A stretch of DNA of 16,199 nucleotides from Candidatus Helarchaeota archaeon (GTDB lineage: Archaea > Asgardarchaeota > Lokiarchaeia > Helarchaeales > RDOG01). The notes under the pieces were generated by a model. That model was not told the DNA's origin, ran no database searches, and was given only the letters and a program-made list of their open reading frames with translations. Position numbers and translations under genes: made by a program. The stretch spans positions 1-16,199 of the forward strand of contig JALGVI010000065.1 of NCBI GenBank assembly GCA_029838215.1. The letters are read 5' to 3'. Positions 1-7,126 of this stretch are shown here, one piece after another. Position 1 is the stretch's first letter. Each line of letters begins with the position of its first letter.

Positions 1-1389
1 ATAAGTTTCATGGAAGTTTTCGATAAAACGACCGATGTCATCAAACAAGGAGGGAAGCGTCGCGGTGCCAACATGGGAATCTTGAACGTTCACCATCCCG
101 ACATCATCGACTTCATCCTTGTGAAATCGGACTTAAATAAACTTCGTAATTTTAACCTTTCTGTTGGTATCACGGACGAATTCATGAATGCCGTGGCGAA
201 AAAAACCAAGTATGACTTGATAAATCCACGAAATAACCAAGTCGTAAAGCAACTAGAAGCGGAAAAAGTATTCGATCTCCTCATTAACATGGCATGGAAC
301 ACTGGTGATCCCGGCTTTATCTTCCTTGATACGATCAATCGTAAAAATCCGACACCTGCACTAGGTCAGATTGAAAGCACTAATCCATGTGGCGAGGTTC
401 CTTTGTTACCGGGAGAATCCTGTAATTTGGGTTCCATAAACATCTCAAAATTCATAAAAAATGATGAAATTGATTGGCAAGACCTTTCGAAAGTCGTAAA
501 ACTTGCCGTCCGCTTTCTGGATGATGTCATTGATGCTTCAAAATTTCCATTTCCAGATATCGAAAAAATGACAAAAGCAAATCGCAAGATCGGATTGGGA
601 ATCATGGGATTCGCAGATGCACTCTATAAGTTGAGAATTCCTTACAATTCGTCCGTTGCAGTAGAGTTGGCACGAAAGTTGATGCAATTCGTTCAGCAGG
701 AGGCTCGCTCTGCATCAGAAGAACTTGCTGAAAGTCGGGGAACGTTTCCTAATTATGAAAAAAGCATATACCCCGAACAGGGCATTAAATTGAGAAATGC
801 AACCGTAACAAGCATCGCTCCCACGGGCACCATTAGCCTGATCGCAGGATGTTCGAGCGGAATTGAACCTGTTTTTGCACTCGCTTATAGTCGAAAGATA
901 ATGGATCGAGTTTTTCATGAAATCAATCCCGTGTTTGAAGAAATTTGCAGGCAGGAAAACATCTATTCCGAAGAGCTCGTTCAAGAAATAATCAATCAGG
1001 GGTCACTCCAACAATTAGCGGACATTCCTGATCATGTCAAAAAAGTATTCGTTACGGCTCTGGACATCGAACCGGAATACCACGTGCGGATTCAAGCAGC
1101 ATTTCAAGAGTTCGTCGATAATTCCGTTTCAAAAACGATAAATTTTTCCAAGAATGCAACCATCAATGACATTCGCGATGCCATTTTGCTTGCACATGAG
1201 CTAGGTTGCAAGGGAATAACAATTTATAGATATGGGAGCAGGGAAGATCAAGTCCTATCCTTTGGAAACGCGCAGGCAACATCTGTCACGTCTGAAAAAG
1301 AAACCTGTCCTAACTGTCACCATGAGATGGAACTTCACCACAAATGTCATGCATGCTCAAACTGCGGTTATAGCTATTGCGACCTCTAG
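1..1389 (+). CDS. nrdJ: Class II (adenosylcobalamin-dependent) ribonucleotide reductase, 5'-truncated by the window edge
   Basis: The frame is open from base 1 (ISF|MEVFD...), so ATG 10 is internal. Motifs: KQGGKRRGANM, HPDI, NFNLSV, catalytic ESTNPCGEVPL, ESCNLGSIN, RKIGLGIMG, SIAPTGTIS, DNSVSKTIN, GCKGITIYR, and a C-terminal CPNC...CSNCGYSYC tail. Confidence 0.96.
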   Translation: MSFMEVFDKTTDVIKQGGKRRGANMGILNVHHPDIIDFILVKSDLNKLRNFNLSVGITDEFMNAVAKKTKYDLINPRNNQVVKQLEAEKVFDLLINMAWNTGDPGFIFLDTINRKNPTPALGQIESTNPCGEVPLLPGESCNLGSINISKFIKNDEIDWQDLSKVVKLAVRFLDDVIDASKFPFPDIEKMTKANRKIGLGIMGFADALYKLRIPYNSSVAVELARKLMQFVQQEARSASEELAESRGTFPNYEKSIYPEQGIKLRNATVTSIAPTGTISLIAGCSSGIEPVFALAYSRKIMDRVFHEINPVFEEICRQENIYSEELVQEIINQGSLQQLADIPDHVKKVFVTALDIEPEYHVRIQAAFQEFVDNSVSKTINFSKNATINDIRDAILLAHELGCKGITIYRYGSREDQVLSFGNAQATSVTSEKETCPNCHHEMELHHKCHACSNCGYSYCDL

Positions 1390-1424
1390 ATTAGATTTGG
1401 GATTGAGCATTCACTTTTCTATCA

Positions 1425-2279
1425 TCAAATATTTTCCTTTTTTCTGAAAAATTGATAGACCGCCAAGCAAAACATCGGCATCATCGTATAGAAGGCGAAA
1501 AAACTCCCGTAGAGAACATTGTAAATGAGAGCATCAATCGATTGAAAAATGAACGCAAGCAAGTATGGGATGATTCCAAGCAAGGTATAAGGAGACACTT
1601 CATCATCTTTAAATTTTACAAACATCACGTTTTCTTTCTTAAACATCAGAAGCAATCCAATGATCACGAATACTAAAAATGGGACGCTAAACCAGCCGAA
1701 ATAATTTCCCAGAGGAATGCCGAAGTATTCACCCCCAAATGGCCACGACCAGTTGCCTCTTGCTACCATTACCGGATCGTTTAGAAAATCCCAATACATC
1801 ATTGAAGCACCACCGATTATGGCAATCATGAAAACCTTCGCCACGTTCAAAACTGAAATCGATTGTTCGTCGATAGCTTCAGTTGAAATGCTCCCCACCA
1901 TGATGTGAGCCATCAAAAAACAGCAATAGAAATAAATGAACCACGTGAAGGGAACTATGATCGGGACAATTTCAAATGGAAAGATTTTCAATCCATGATA
2001 TTCCCACAGGACACCAGGTATCAAGCCAAATATTCCTGCAGTCTCCAGAATAAACGTGAATATGATGCCAAACGTGCTAAAGATCGCCAGGTTTTTCCAG
2101 CCCAAAGTCAATTTGCCGTGAATAATGGTAAAGGATAGCAGAAAAAATACTTCAAGAATTGTCAAAACGTCATCAAAAAGAACACCGGAAAAAACATGAA
2201 AGATTCGGTTAAGGATAATGACTATAGTTGCTCCTACAAGTAGAGCAAGAGAGAGATATACGTAGTTTTCATCTTTCAA
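1425..2279 (-). CDS. CruF/DUF422-like (carotenoid biosynthesis family) polytopic membrane protein
   Basis: 284 aa, highly hydrophobic. Family-type motifs VPIIVPFTW, WDFLNDPVMV and GNWSWPFGGEYFGIPLGNYFGWF. TTG start 24 nt after the upstream stop; ends in stacked stops TGA TGA TAG. Confidence 0.8.
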   Translation of the reverse strand: MKDENYVYLSLALLVGATIVIILNRIFHVFSGVLFDDVLTILEVFFLLSFTIIHGKLTLGWKNLAIFSTFGIIFTFILETAGIFGLIPGVLWEYHGLKIFPFEIVPIIVPFTWFIYFYCCFLMAHIMVGSISTEAIDEQSISVLNVAKVFMIAIIGGASMMYWDFLNDPVMVARGNWSWPFGGEYFGIPLGNYFGWFSVPFLVFVIIGLLLMFKKENVMFVKFKDDEVSPYTLLGIIPYLLAFIFQSIDALIYNVLYGSFFAFYTMMPMFCLAVYQFFRKKENI

Positions 2280-2303
2280 CTATAACACGTCCATTTCTTA
2301 AGA

Positions 2304-2813
2304 TTACTCCATCTCATTGTCTAACGCAAATGGTCGGAATTTCGCCGAGATATAAAGATGTTTTGTTTTTTCGGGGTCTCCACGTGCTGCAACGACTTTA
2401 CCAACGAAAACAGTATGATCCCCCGTTTCGAATTGATCGACAACCTTACATTCAAATGCCACGGTGGCACCCTTAATTGTAGGCACTTTTACAACACTTG
2501 ATTCAATGAGCTCTAATCCCGCCTTTTTTATCTTATCGATCTTGCGTCCGGATTTAGTCCCACAAATCCATGCTCCCTTAATTTGATCTTCACAGGGATA
2601 ATTAATCACAAATTCTTTATGGAAGTCAATGCCTTCATGAGAATAACGGGAATGGTCAATCGAAATCAACATCAATACGGGCTTGAAAGACGTTCTGGTG
2701 ACCCACGAAACGCCCAAAGCATTTGGCTTCCCTTCCTTGTCTAAGGAGGTAACCAAGGTATAGACGTAAGGAGTCGCAAGCTTAAAAGCTTGGGATAAAG
2801 TTAACGATATCAC
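2304..2813 (-). CDS. Flavin reductase-like FMN-binding protein (flavoredoxin/DIM6-NTAB family)
   Basis: LVTSLDKEGKPNALGVSW, SFKPVLMLISI, EFVINYP, CGTKSGR, AFECKVVDQFETGDHTVFVGKVV. The GTG start overlaps the upstream stop (GTGA, 2810-2813). Confidence 0.92.
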   Translation of the reverse strand: MISLTLSQAFKLATPYVYTLVTSLDKEGKPNALGVSWVTRTSFKPVLMLISIDHSRYSHEGIDFHKEFVINYPCEDQIKGAWICGTKSGRKIDKIKKAGLELIESSVVKVPTIKGATVAFECKVVDQFETGDHTVFVGKVVAARGDPEKTKHLYISAKFRPFALDNEME

Positions 2814-3811
2814 GTGATCAAAACTCCATTTTTAATTTCCATTGTTTTTCCTTCTATATTTTCTTTTTGTTCCTTGACAGAAATGAGAACCAATGCCAAG
2901 CATATCAAACCTCCGCCAATAAAAGAATCGAATAACGGAATCTGCAGGAAAATAAAGAATTCAATGATATAGGCGCCCAGCACTTCAATTAATAAATAAA
3001 CAGAAGAAATTGTGGCAGAAATATCACGTAAAGACCTGAAATAAAAAACATAAGCAATGCAACTGCAAAATATGCCCAAGTAAAACGCATCCCAATAGAT
3101 TAACACATTTAGGGACACGGAGATGAACGGGTTATAAAATCGAACGAAGAAAAGTGAAGGAATTAAAAGAATTATAAACATGTATAAAGTCGAAAAAAAG
3201 ACCAGAGAGCTCGTATCCACGGAATGTTTACCTTCTTCCTTCAAGGAGACAATTTTTTTACTCAGGACGATATAACCTGCCCAGAATATTCCCGAAATGA
3301 GACAAAGCAAGTCTCCAAAGAAGGAAATAATGGTAATTGCTTCAAATAGCATGAAAAACCTAAATCCAATCGTCAGGAAATAAACACCCATTAATCCTGC
3401 TATCATTCCCAAGAGACCGCGCTTCGTCAGGCGTTCTTTAAACCAGAAAGCAGAAATAATGGCAGTCCATATGATGTTCGTATTGATGAGCAATGCAGAT
3501 TTGCCTGCAAGTGTCAGACTCTGTCCCCAAAATTGAAAAATCATTGCGAAAACCGTTACAACTCCAAGTAAGATGACATGTGGATTCTTCAAGTAAATCA
3601 ATTGGGACTTGAGATCGTGCCTATTCATCACGAGAAAAAGAGAAGCGGTGGACATCATGGCGAATATATTTCGGAGAAATAGGAACGAGAAAAAATCATA
3701 AAAAAGCAAGGCAAATCTGGTGAACGGGAATGACGTCCCCCATATTAAAGCTGAAGCAACCAAATATAAAATGGCATTTCTCTTGCTCATGAACATCAAT
3801 CTACGTGTCAA
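2810..3811 (-). CDS. DMT-superfamily (EamA) transporter
   Basis: Two EamA repeats: LIWGTSFPFTR...LLINTNIIWTAIISAFWFKERLT and GDLLCLISGIFWAGYIVLSKK...LGIFCSCIAYVFYFRSLRDISATISSVYLLIE. The true start may be ATG 3790 (MSKRN). Confidence 0.92.
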   Translation of the reverse strand: MTRRLMFMSKRNAILYLVASALIWGTSFPFTRFALLFYDFFSFLFLRNIFAMMSTASLFLVMNRHDLKSQLIYLKNPHVILLGVVTVFAMIFQFWGQSLTLAGKSALLINTNIIWTAIISAFWFKERLTKRGLLGMIAGLMGVYFLTIGFRFFMLFEAITIISFFGDLLCLISGIFWAGYIVLSKKIVSLKEEGKHSVDTSSLVFFSTLYMFIILLIPSLFFVRFYNPFISVSLNVLIYWDAFYLGIFCSCIAYVFYFRSLRDISATISSVYLLIEVLGAYIIEFFIFLQIPLFDSFIGGGLICLALVLISVKEQKENIEGKTMEIKNGVLIT

Positions 3812-3854
3812 TGAAGAAAATACTTACAGAATAATCCTTGGTTTTTAATCCATT

Positions 3855-3935
3855 TTAATTGAAGGCGAATTCATCCCAAAATTCGTCATTGAGCGGAGTC
3901 TTTGCAGGGGTTTCAATTTCAGGAGAATCTTTCAA
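3855..3935 (-). CDS. Possible 26-aa acidic peptide (TTG start) MKDSPEIETPAKTPLNDEFWDEFAFN, or the distal part of an interrupted 3855-4091 ORF
   Basis: Same frame as 3963-4091, separated from it by a single TAA (3965-3963). Ends 43 nt before the EamA ORF. No clear RBS. Confidence 0.2.
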   Translation of the reverse strand: MKDSPEIETPAKTPLNDEFWDEFAFN

Positions 3936-3962
3936 TGTTTTCTTGCATAAACGTCTTCCTTT

Positions 3963-4091
3963 TTATACTCGATTCATTATCTTCATCATGGATTTCATAA
4001 GTTCGGGATCTATTTTTTTCATGTATTCTTTAAAATCGAATTCTTTCAAATCCACTGACCATTGGTTAAGATTTCCTGTTGTTTTTTTCAT
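3963..4091 (-). CDS. Putative 42-aa small protein MKKTTGNLNQWSVDLKEFDFKEYMKKIDPELMKSMMKIMNRV (below the ORF-track cutoff)
   Basis: ATG 4091 lies 22 nt after the gelsolin-like stop and follows AAGGA. It overlaps (ATGA) the stop of a 6-codon mini-ORF starting at 4108. It fills a 300-nt gap within a minus-strand gene run. No homology recognised with certainty. Confidence 0.4.
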   Translation of the reverse strand: MKKTTGNLNQWSVDLKEFDFKEYMKKIDPELMKSMMKIMNRV

Positions 4092-4113
4092 GAATTTTTC
4101 CTTCTCATGTTCT

Positions 4114-4785
4114 TTATTTTGGTTGAGTCAATTGCTGGAAGATCTGCATTACGGATTCAGGGATCTGGTGAGAATTTGGCATGTATTTAAGTTGGAAGTT
4201 CTGGAAGACGAAATTAAATTTGGCACCTGCAGAGGTTTCGACCTGATATACTCCTTGATTTGTTCGAGCGACGAATGCTTCCTTGTATTGTTGAAGAATA
4301 CAAGATAAAAGAATTCCCGCCAAGTTTTCATTTCTAGGATCTTGTTTTTCTTCCTGAGTCCCTGCGGACGCTGCCGCAGTTGAAGTCGGTGTCACGATAT
4401 AATCGCTATTTTCATGCGGAACGACTTCAAGAGACTGGATGATTTGAAAGAGTTGTTGATAGGCAGCTTGCATTTTCTGGGCATCAGGAGAATTTCCACC
4501 CATTATTGCTTGATCAATTACTATGACTTGCTTGCAGTTCGTTCCAATGACCTCGCCCTCCAATTTATATCCCTGTGCCATTATTTTTTCAGCAGCTCTA
4601 GGAGCCTGCACTCGTGTCTTAGCGGAGATGTTTGAGCCTTCCCAAAGCCATATTGCTTGATGATAATCTGAGATTAGAAAAACCGCACGATTAACATCTC
4701 TTATGTATCTTTCTCGATTTCGCCACACCAACTTGCGAAGCATGCCCATTCCGCCAACGTCTAGAAGTATCATGTGATTTGCCAT
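4114..4785 (-). CDS. Gelsolin/villin-like domain protein with an unrecognised C-terminal domain (Asgard-type actin-regulator candidate)
   Basis: aa 35-68 VFLISDYHQAIWLWEGSNISAKTRVQAPRAAEKI match the gelsolin-repeat pattern (hhhhD...hhhWxG..s...r..A...A..h). A Thr/Ala/Ser linker follows, then a domain of about 70 aa. Confidence 0.62.
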   Translation of the reverse strand: MANHMILLDVGGMGMLRKLVWRNRERYIRDVNRAVFLISDYHQAIWLWEGSNISAKTRVQAPRAAEKIMAQGYKLEGEVIGTNCKQVIVIDQAIMGGNSPDAQKMQAAYQQLFQIIQSLEVVPHENSDYIVTPTSTAAASAGTQEEKQDPRNENLAGILLSCILQQYKEAFVARTNQGVYQVETSAGAKFNFVFQNFQLKYMPNSHQIPESVMQIFQQLTQPK

Positions 4786-4846
4786 GAAATCATCTCAATT
4801 ACAAGTATTTAGAATGAATTTGAGCTAGATGATAACTCATTTCAAG

Positions 4847-4858
4847 ATTTTTAAAAAT
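4847..4858 (-). promoter_or_regulatory. Candidate TATA box for the gelsolin-like transcription unit
   Basis: Perfect 12-bp palindrome ATTTTTAAAAAT about 60 nt upstream of ATG 4785, preceded on the minus strand by purine-rich GGAAA (BRE-like). The context is AT-rich, so support is weak. Confidence 0.3.
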
Positions 4859-4929
4859 TTTCCATTTCCTTTCAAATTCTCAAATCTTTAATATCAAGAT
4901 CTTTAAAGAATATTAAAAGATGAGTAAAC

Positions 4930-5808
4930 TTAGTTCAGAGTCTTTCTTGATTTAACGAGCGTTAATGGTGTTCGGCGCACTAATTCCTGACCGATTTTTG
5001 AGCTGAAAAATTCTATGCTCTTTTCTAGTGAAAGATTTTCCATGACAACTTTCCAAAATCGATCCAATGTCCATCCGGTCAATTGCAGAAATTGAAAATA
5101 AAATTCCATCATCTTCTTGATATTTTTTTCATATTCTTCAGATGGAAAGCTCTTCCATAGGGATATTTGCTTGGCAGTGATTTTCTCTCTGGTTTCGAGA
5201 ACGAATTCATCGAACGTGGGGATTAATCCGTTTTTTGTATATAGATCTCCGAGGTATTCTTTCACGTGTTTAATGGGATATCCTACTTGTTTGAGTCCAT
5301 TTATGTAATCATTATATAGTGCTTCGATGTATTTTGGTCGAGGTTTTTCGACAAAACCGCCGAGTTCGATTGCCAAGACAGCAAGGAGACCGTTTGGTTT
5401 GATGACACGGATCATTTCTTTTAAGATTGAATCAGGGTTCGTAACCCATTCAAGTAACCCAAAAGAAATGACGACATCAAACGTTTCGTCTGCAAAAGCA
5501 AGATCATGAGCATCTCCTACCGACAAATGGATATTTCTGGCTTTCCCCCAATGCTTTTCCCCCCATGAAATTAATTCCTTGCTTATATCGATACCGAAAA
5601 TTTCGAGTTTGTTGTCGTGATTACGATTATTCTTATATGACATGTTCAATAAATGGGGGATGGTCCCAATCCCGCATCCCACGTCAAGAATTTTTTCATT
5701 CCCCTTTAGATTTAAAGATCTTTTCAGAAACGCCTGAACCTTTTTATTATAAACAATCAGTCCACGCTGATTTTTCATGGTTTCTATAAAATTCCAATTA
5801 ATCTTCAA
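4930..5808 (-). CDS. Class I SAM-dependent methyltransferase (UbiE-like fold, substrate unknown)
   Basis: Motif I KILDVGCGIG, IFGIDIS, VGDAHDLAFADETFDVVIS, LKEMIRVIKPNGLLAVL. TTG start with GGGAG at 5820-5816. Confidence 0.93.
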   Translation of the reverse strand: MKINWNFIETMKNQRGLIVYNKKVQAFLKRSLNLKGNEKILDVGCGIGTIPHLLNMSYKNNRNHDNKLEIFGIDISKELISWGEKHWGKARNIHLSVGDAHDLAFADETFDVVISFGLLEWVTNPDSILKEMIRVIKPNGLLAVLAIELGGFVEKPRPKYIEALYNDYINGLKQVGYPIKHVKEYLGDLYTKNGLIPTFDEFVLETREKITAKQISLWKSFPSEEYEKNIKKMMEFYFQFLQLTGWTLDRFWKVVMENLSLEKSIEFFSSKIGQELVRRTPLTLVKSRKTLN

Positions 5809-6067
5809 TGAATCGCTCCCTTATCTGAAACCTTATGCACTTGGTTATCAATATTGGCAATGAATTAATGTACTATCCACTACCCTTTTTATTACCGTTG
5901 AAGATCGGCTCTAAACACCTTCTAATGATTTCTTCATGCTCTCAGCATCAGAACCCATTAGTTAATTTCAGATAAGAACAGGGAAAAAAAACATTAGAAT
6001 GTTGTCAAGCTCGATTCAACCGTTCTGATGCCATTTTTTTTAGCTTCTCTTTTGAGAGAGTTCATCT

Positions 6068-6109
6068 ATCCGTAAAATCTCACTAAAAAAAGTCATGTCT
6101 TTTACGGAT
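6068..6109. repeat. Inverted repeat: 10-bp perfect arms with a 22-nt spacer
   Basis: ATCCGTAAAA (6068-6077) and TTTTACGGAT (6100-6109) in the divergent intergenic region. Confidence 0.5.
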
Positions 6110-6286
6110 GAAAAAATCAACAAAGAACGCCTTTTTTTCAGAATTATTCCTTTACGCGGATATTTATGTTGTTATTATGGTATGATAGAGGGATGATATA
6201 TATAAGTAATTGTTCATCTAAAAGTTAGAAAATGGTACGAAGTAATACTTACATGGGAAAATCTTACACCCCATTCCGACAAAAAT

Positions 6287-6292
6287 AGGAGG
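6287..6292 (+). promoter_or_regulatory. Shine-Dalgarno site
   Basis: AGGAGG 8 nt upstream of ATG 6301. Confidence 0.75.
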
Positions 6293-6300
6293 AAATTTAA

Positions 6301-6843
6301 ATGTCCGACAACGTCCACCCTTATTATAGCATCCAATTATACTTCTTAGGGGAGGAAAAAGGAGATGAGCGTCGCATTAGAAATCGAATTAGAAAATACA
6401 TCCGAGATAAGCCAGTTGAATACATTCTAATAGCAAAAAACTCGCCTGTTATCCACTCTAACAGCAAACTAATTATTCGATACATTGCAGAATTATTAAA
6501 AAATCTCAATGTGAAATATCATTTTGATGAGTGGACATCTAAAGAAGTGTTTGAAAGACAGATCCCTTCAAAAAAGGAACCGAAGCCTACTGCCGAAGAC
6601 GCAAGCTATTCCAAAACCAAAATGAATAATATTAAATCATTGGCACGTTTCACCAAAGACCTATACGAGAGTTTTGTAAGGATAGGGGAAAAGATCTTCG
6701 TGGCGAATAGCGAAGAATTGGAAAAATTTCGTGATTGGAACTATATGAGAAAAATTTTGATAGAAATTAGTGATGAATATTCGAGTTTACTTTCTCAACC
6801 CATTAAAGAAATGGAAAAATTGGTACAGGATATCTTAAAATGA
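6301..6843 (+). CDS. Hypothetical protein (180 aa, soluble, basic N-terminal half)
   Basis: Clean ORF with a perfect AGGAGG RBS. No family motif recognised. Confidence 0.75.
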   Translation: MSDNVHPYYSIQLYFLGEEKGDERRIRNRIRKYIRDKPVEYILIAKNSPVIHSNSKLIIRYIAELLKNLNVKYHFDEWTSKEVFERQIPSKKEPKPTAEDASYSKTKMNNIKSLARFTKDLYESFVRIGEKIFVANSEELEKFRDWNYMRKILIEISDEYSSLLSQPIKEMEKLVQDILK

Positions 6844-7126
6844 CAATCTTTTAAAACACGACATCCGCCTCAATTCATGTCTTAAATTCTCGGGAAAATT
6901 TTGTTGGTTGATATAATCTAAGTTGCGGAAATTTTTTCTCTTTTAATCCTTTTTTTTACAAACCACTTGAAAAATAACCCCCGTAACCTCAATCGAAATC
7001 CATTCATACCTTTTTTCAAAGCTTGACAATTCACATTACCCTGCATGCCAAGATCCAATTAGTTGATTTCCATTTTAGTGAATCAATTTTTTCTCCCGAT
7101 GGGAGATATTTGGAGCGTGTATTGGA

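Noticed and set aside
1-1389. Intein or intron in nrdJ, a common insertion target
   Set aside because: The usual insertion-prone motifs (QGGKRRGA, NPCGE, IAPTGT) are contiguous and the spacing matches an uninterrupted enzyme in the visible part. The 5' part is outside the window.
90-2476. Short ORFs antisense to or overlapping nrdJ, the CruF-like gene and the flavin reductase
   Set aside because: They are almost entirely nested opposite (or within) well-supported genes and carry no motifs.
3859-4308. 149-aa plus-strand ORF in the track
   Set aside because: It is antisense and in register with the gelsolin-like CDS, is Phe/Ser-rich as expected for a shadow of Lys/Glu-rich minus-strand sequence, and has no RBS.
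6841-6885. Selenocysteine read-through of the TGA ending the 180-aa ORF (Lokiarchaeia are known to use Sec)
   Set aside because: The extension is only 13 codons, there is no redox-motif context, and I could not identify a SECIS-like hairpin.
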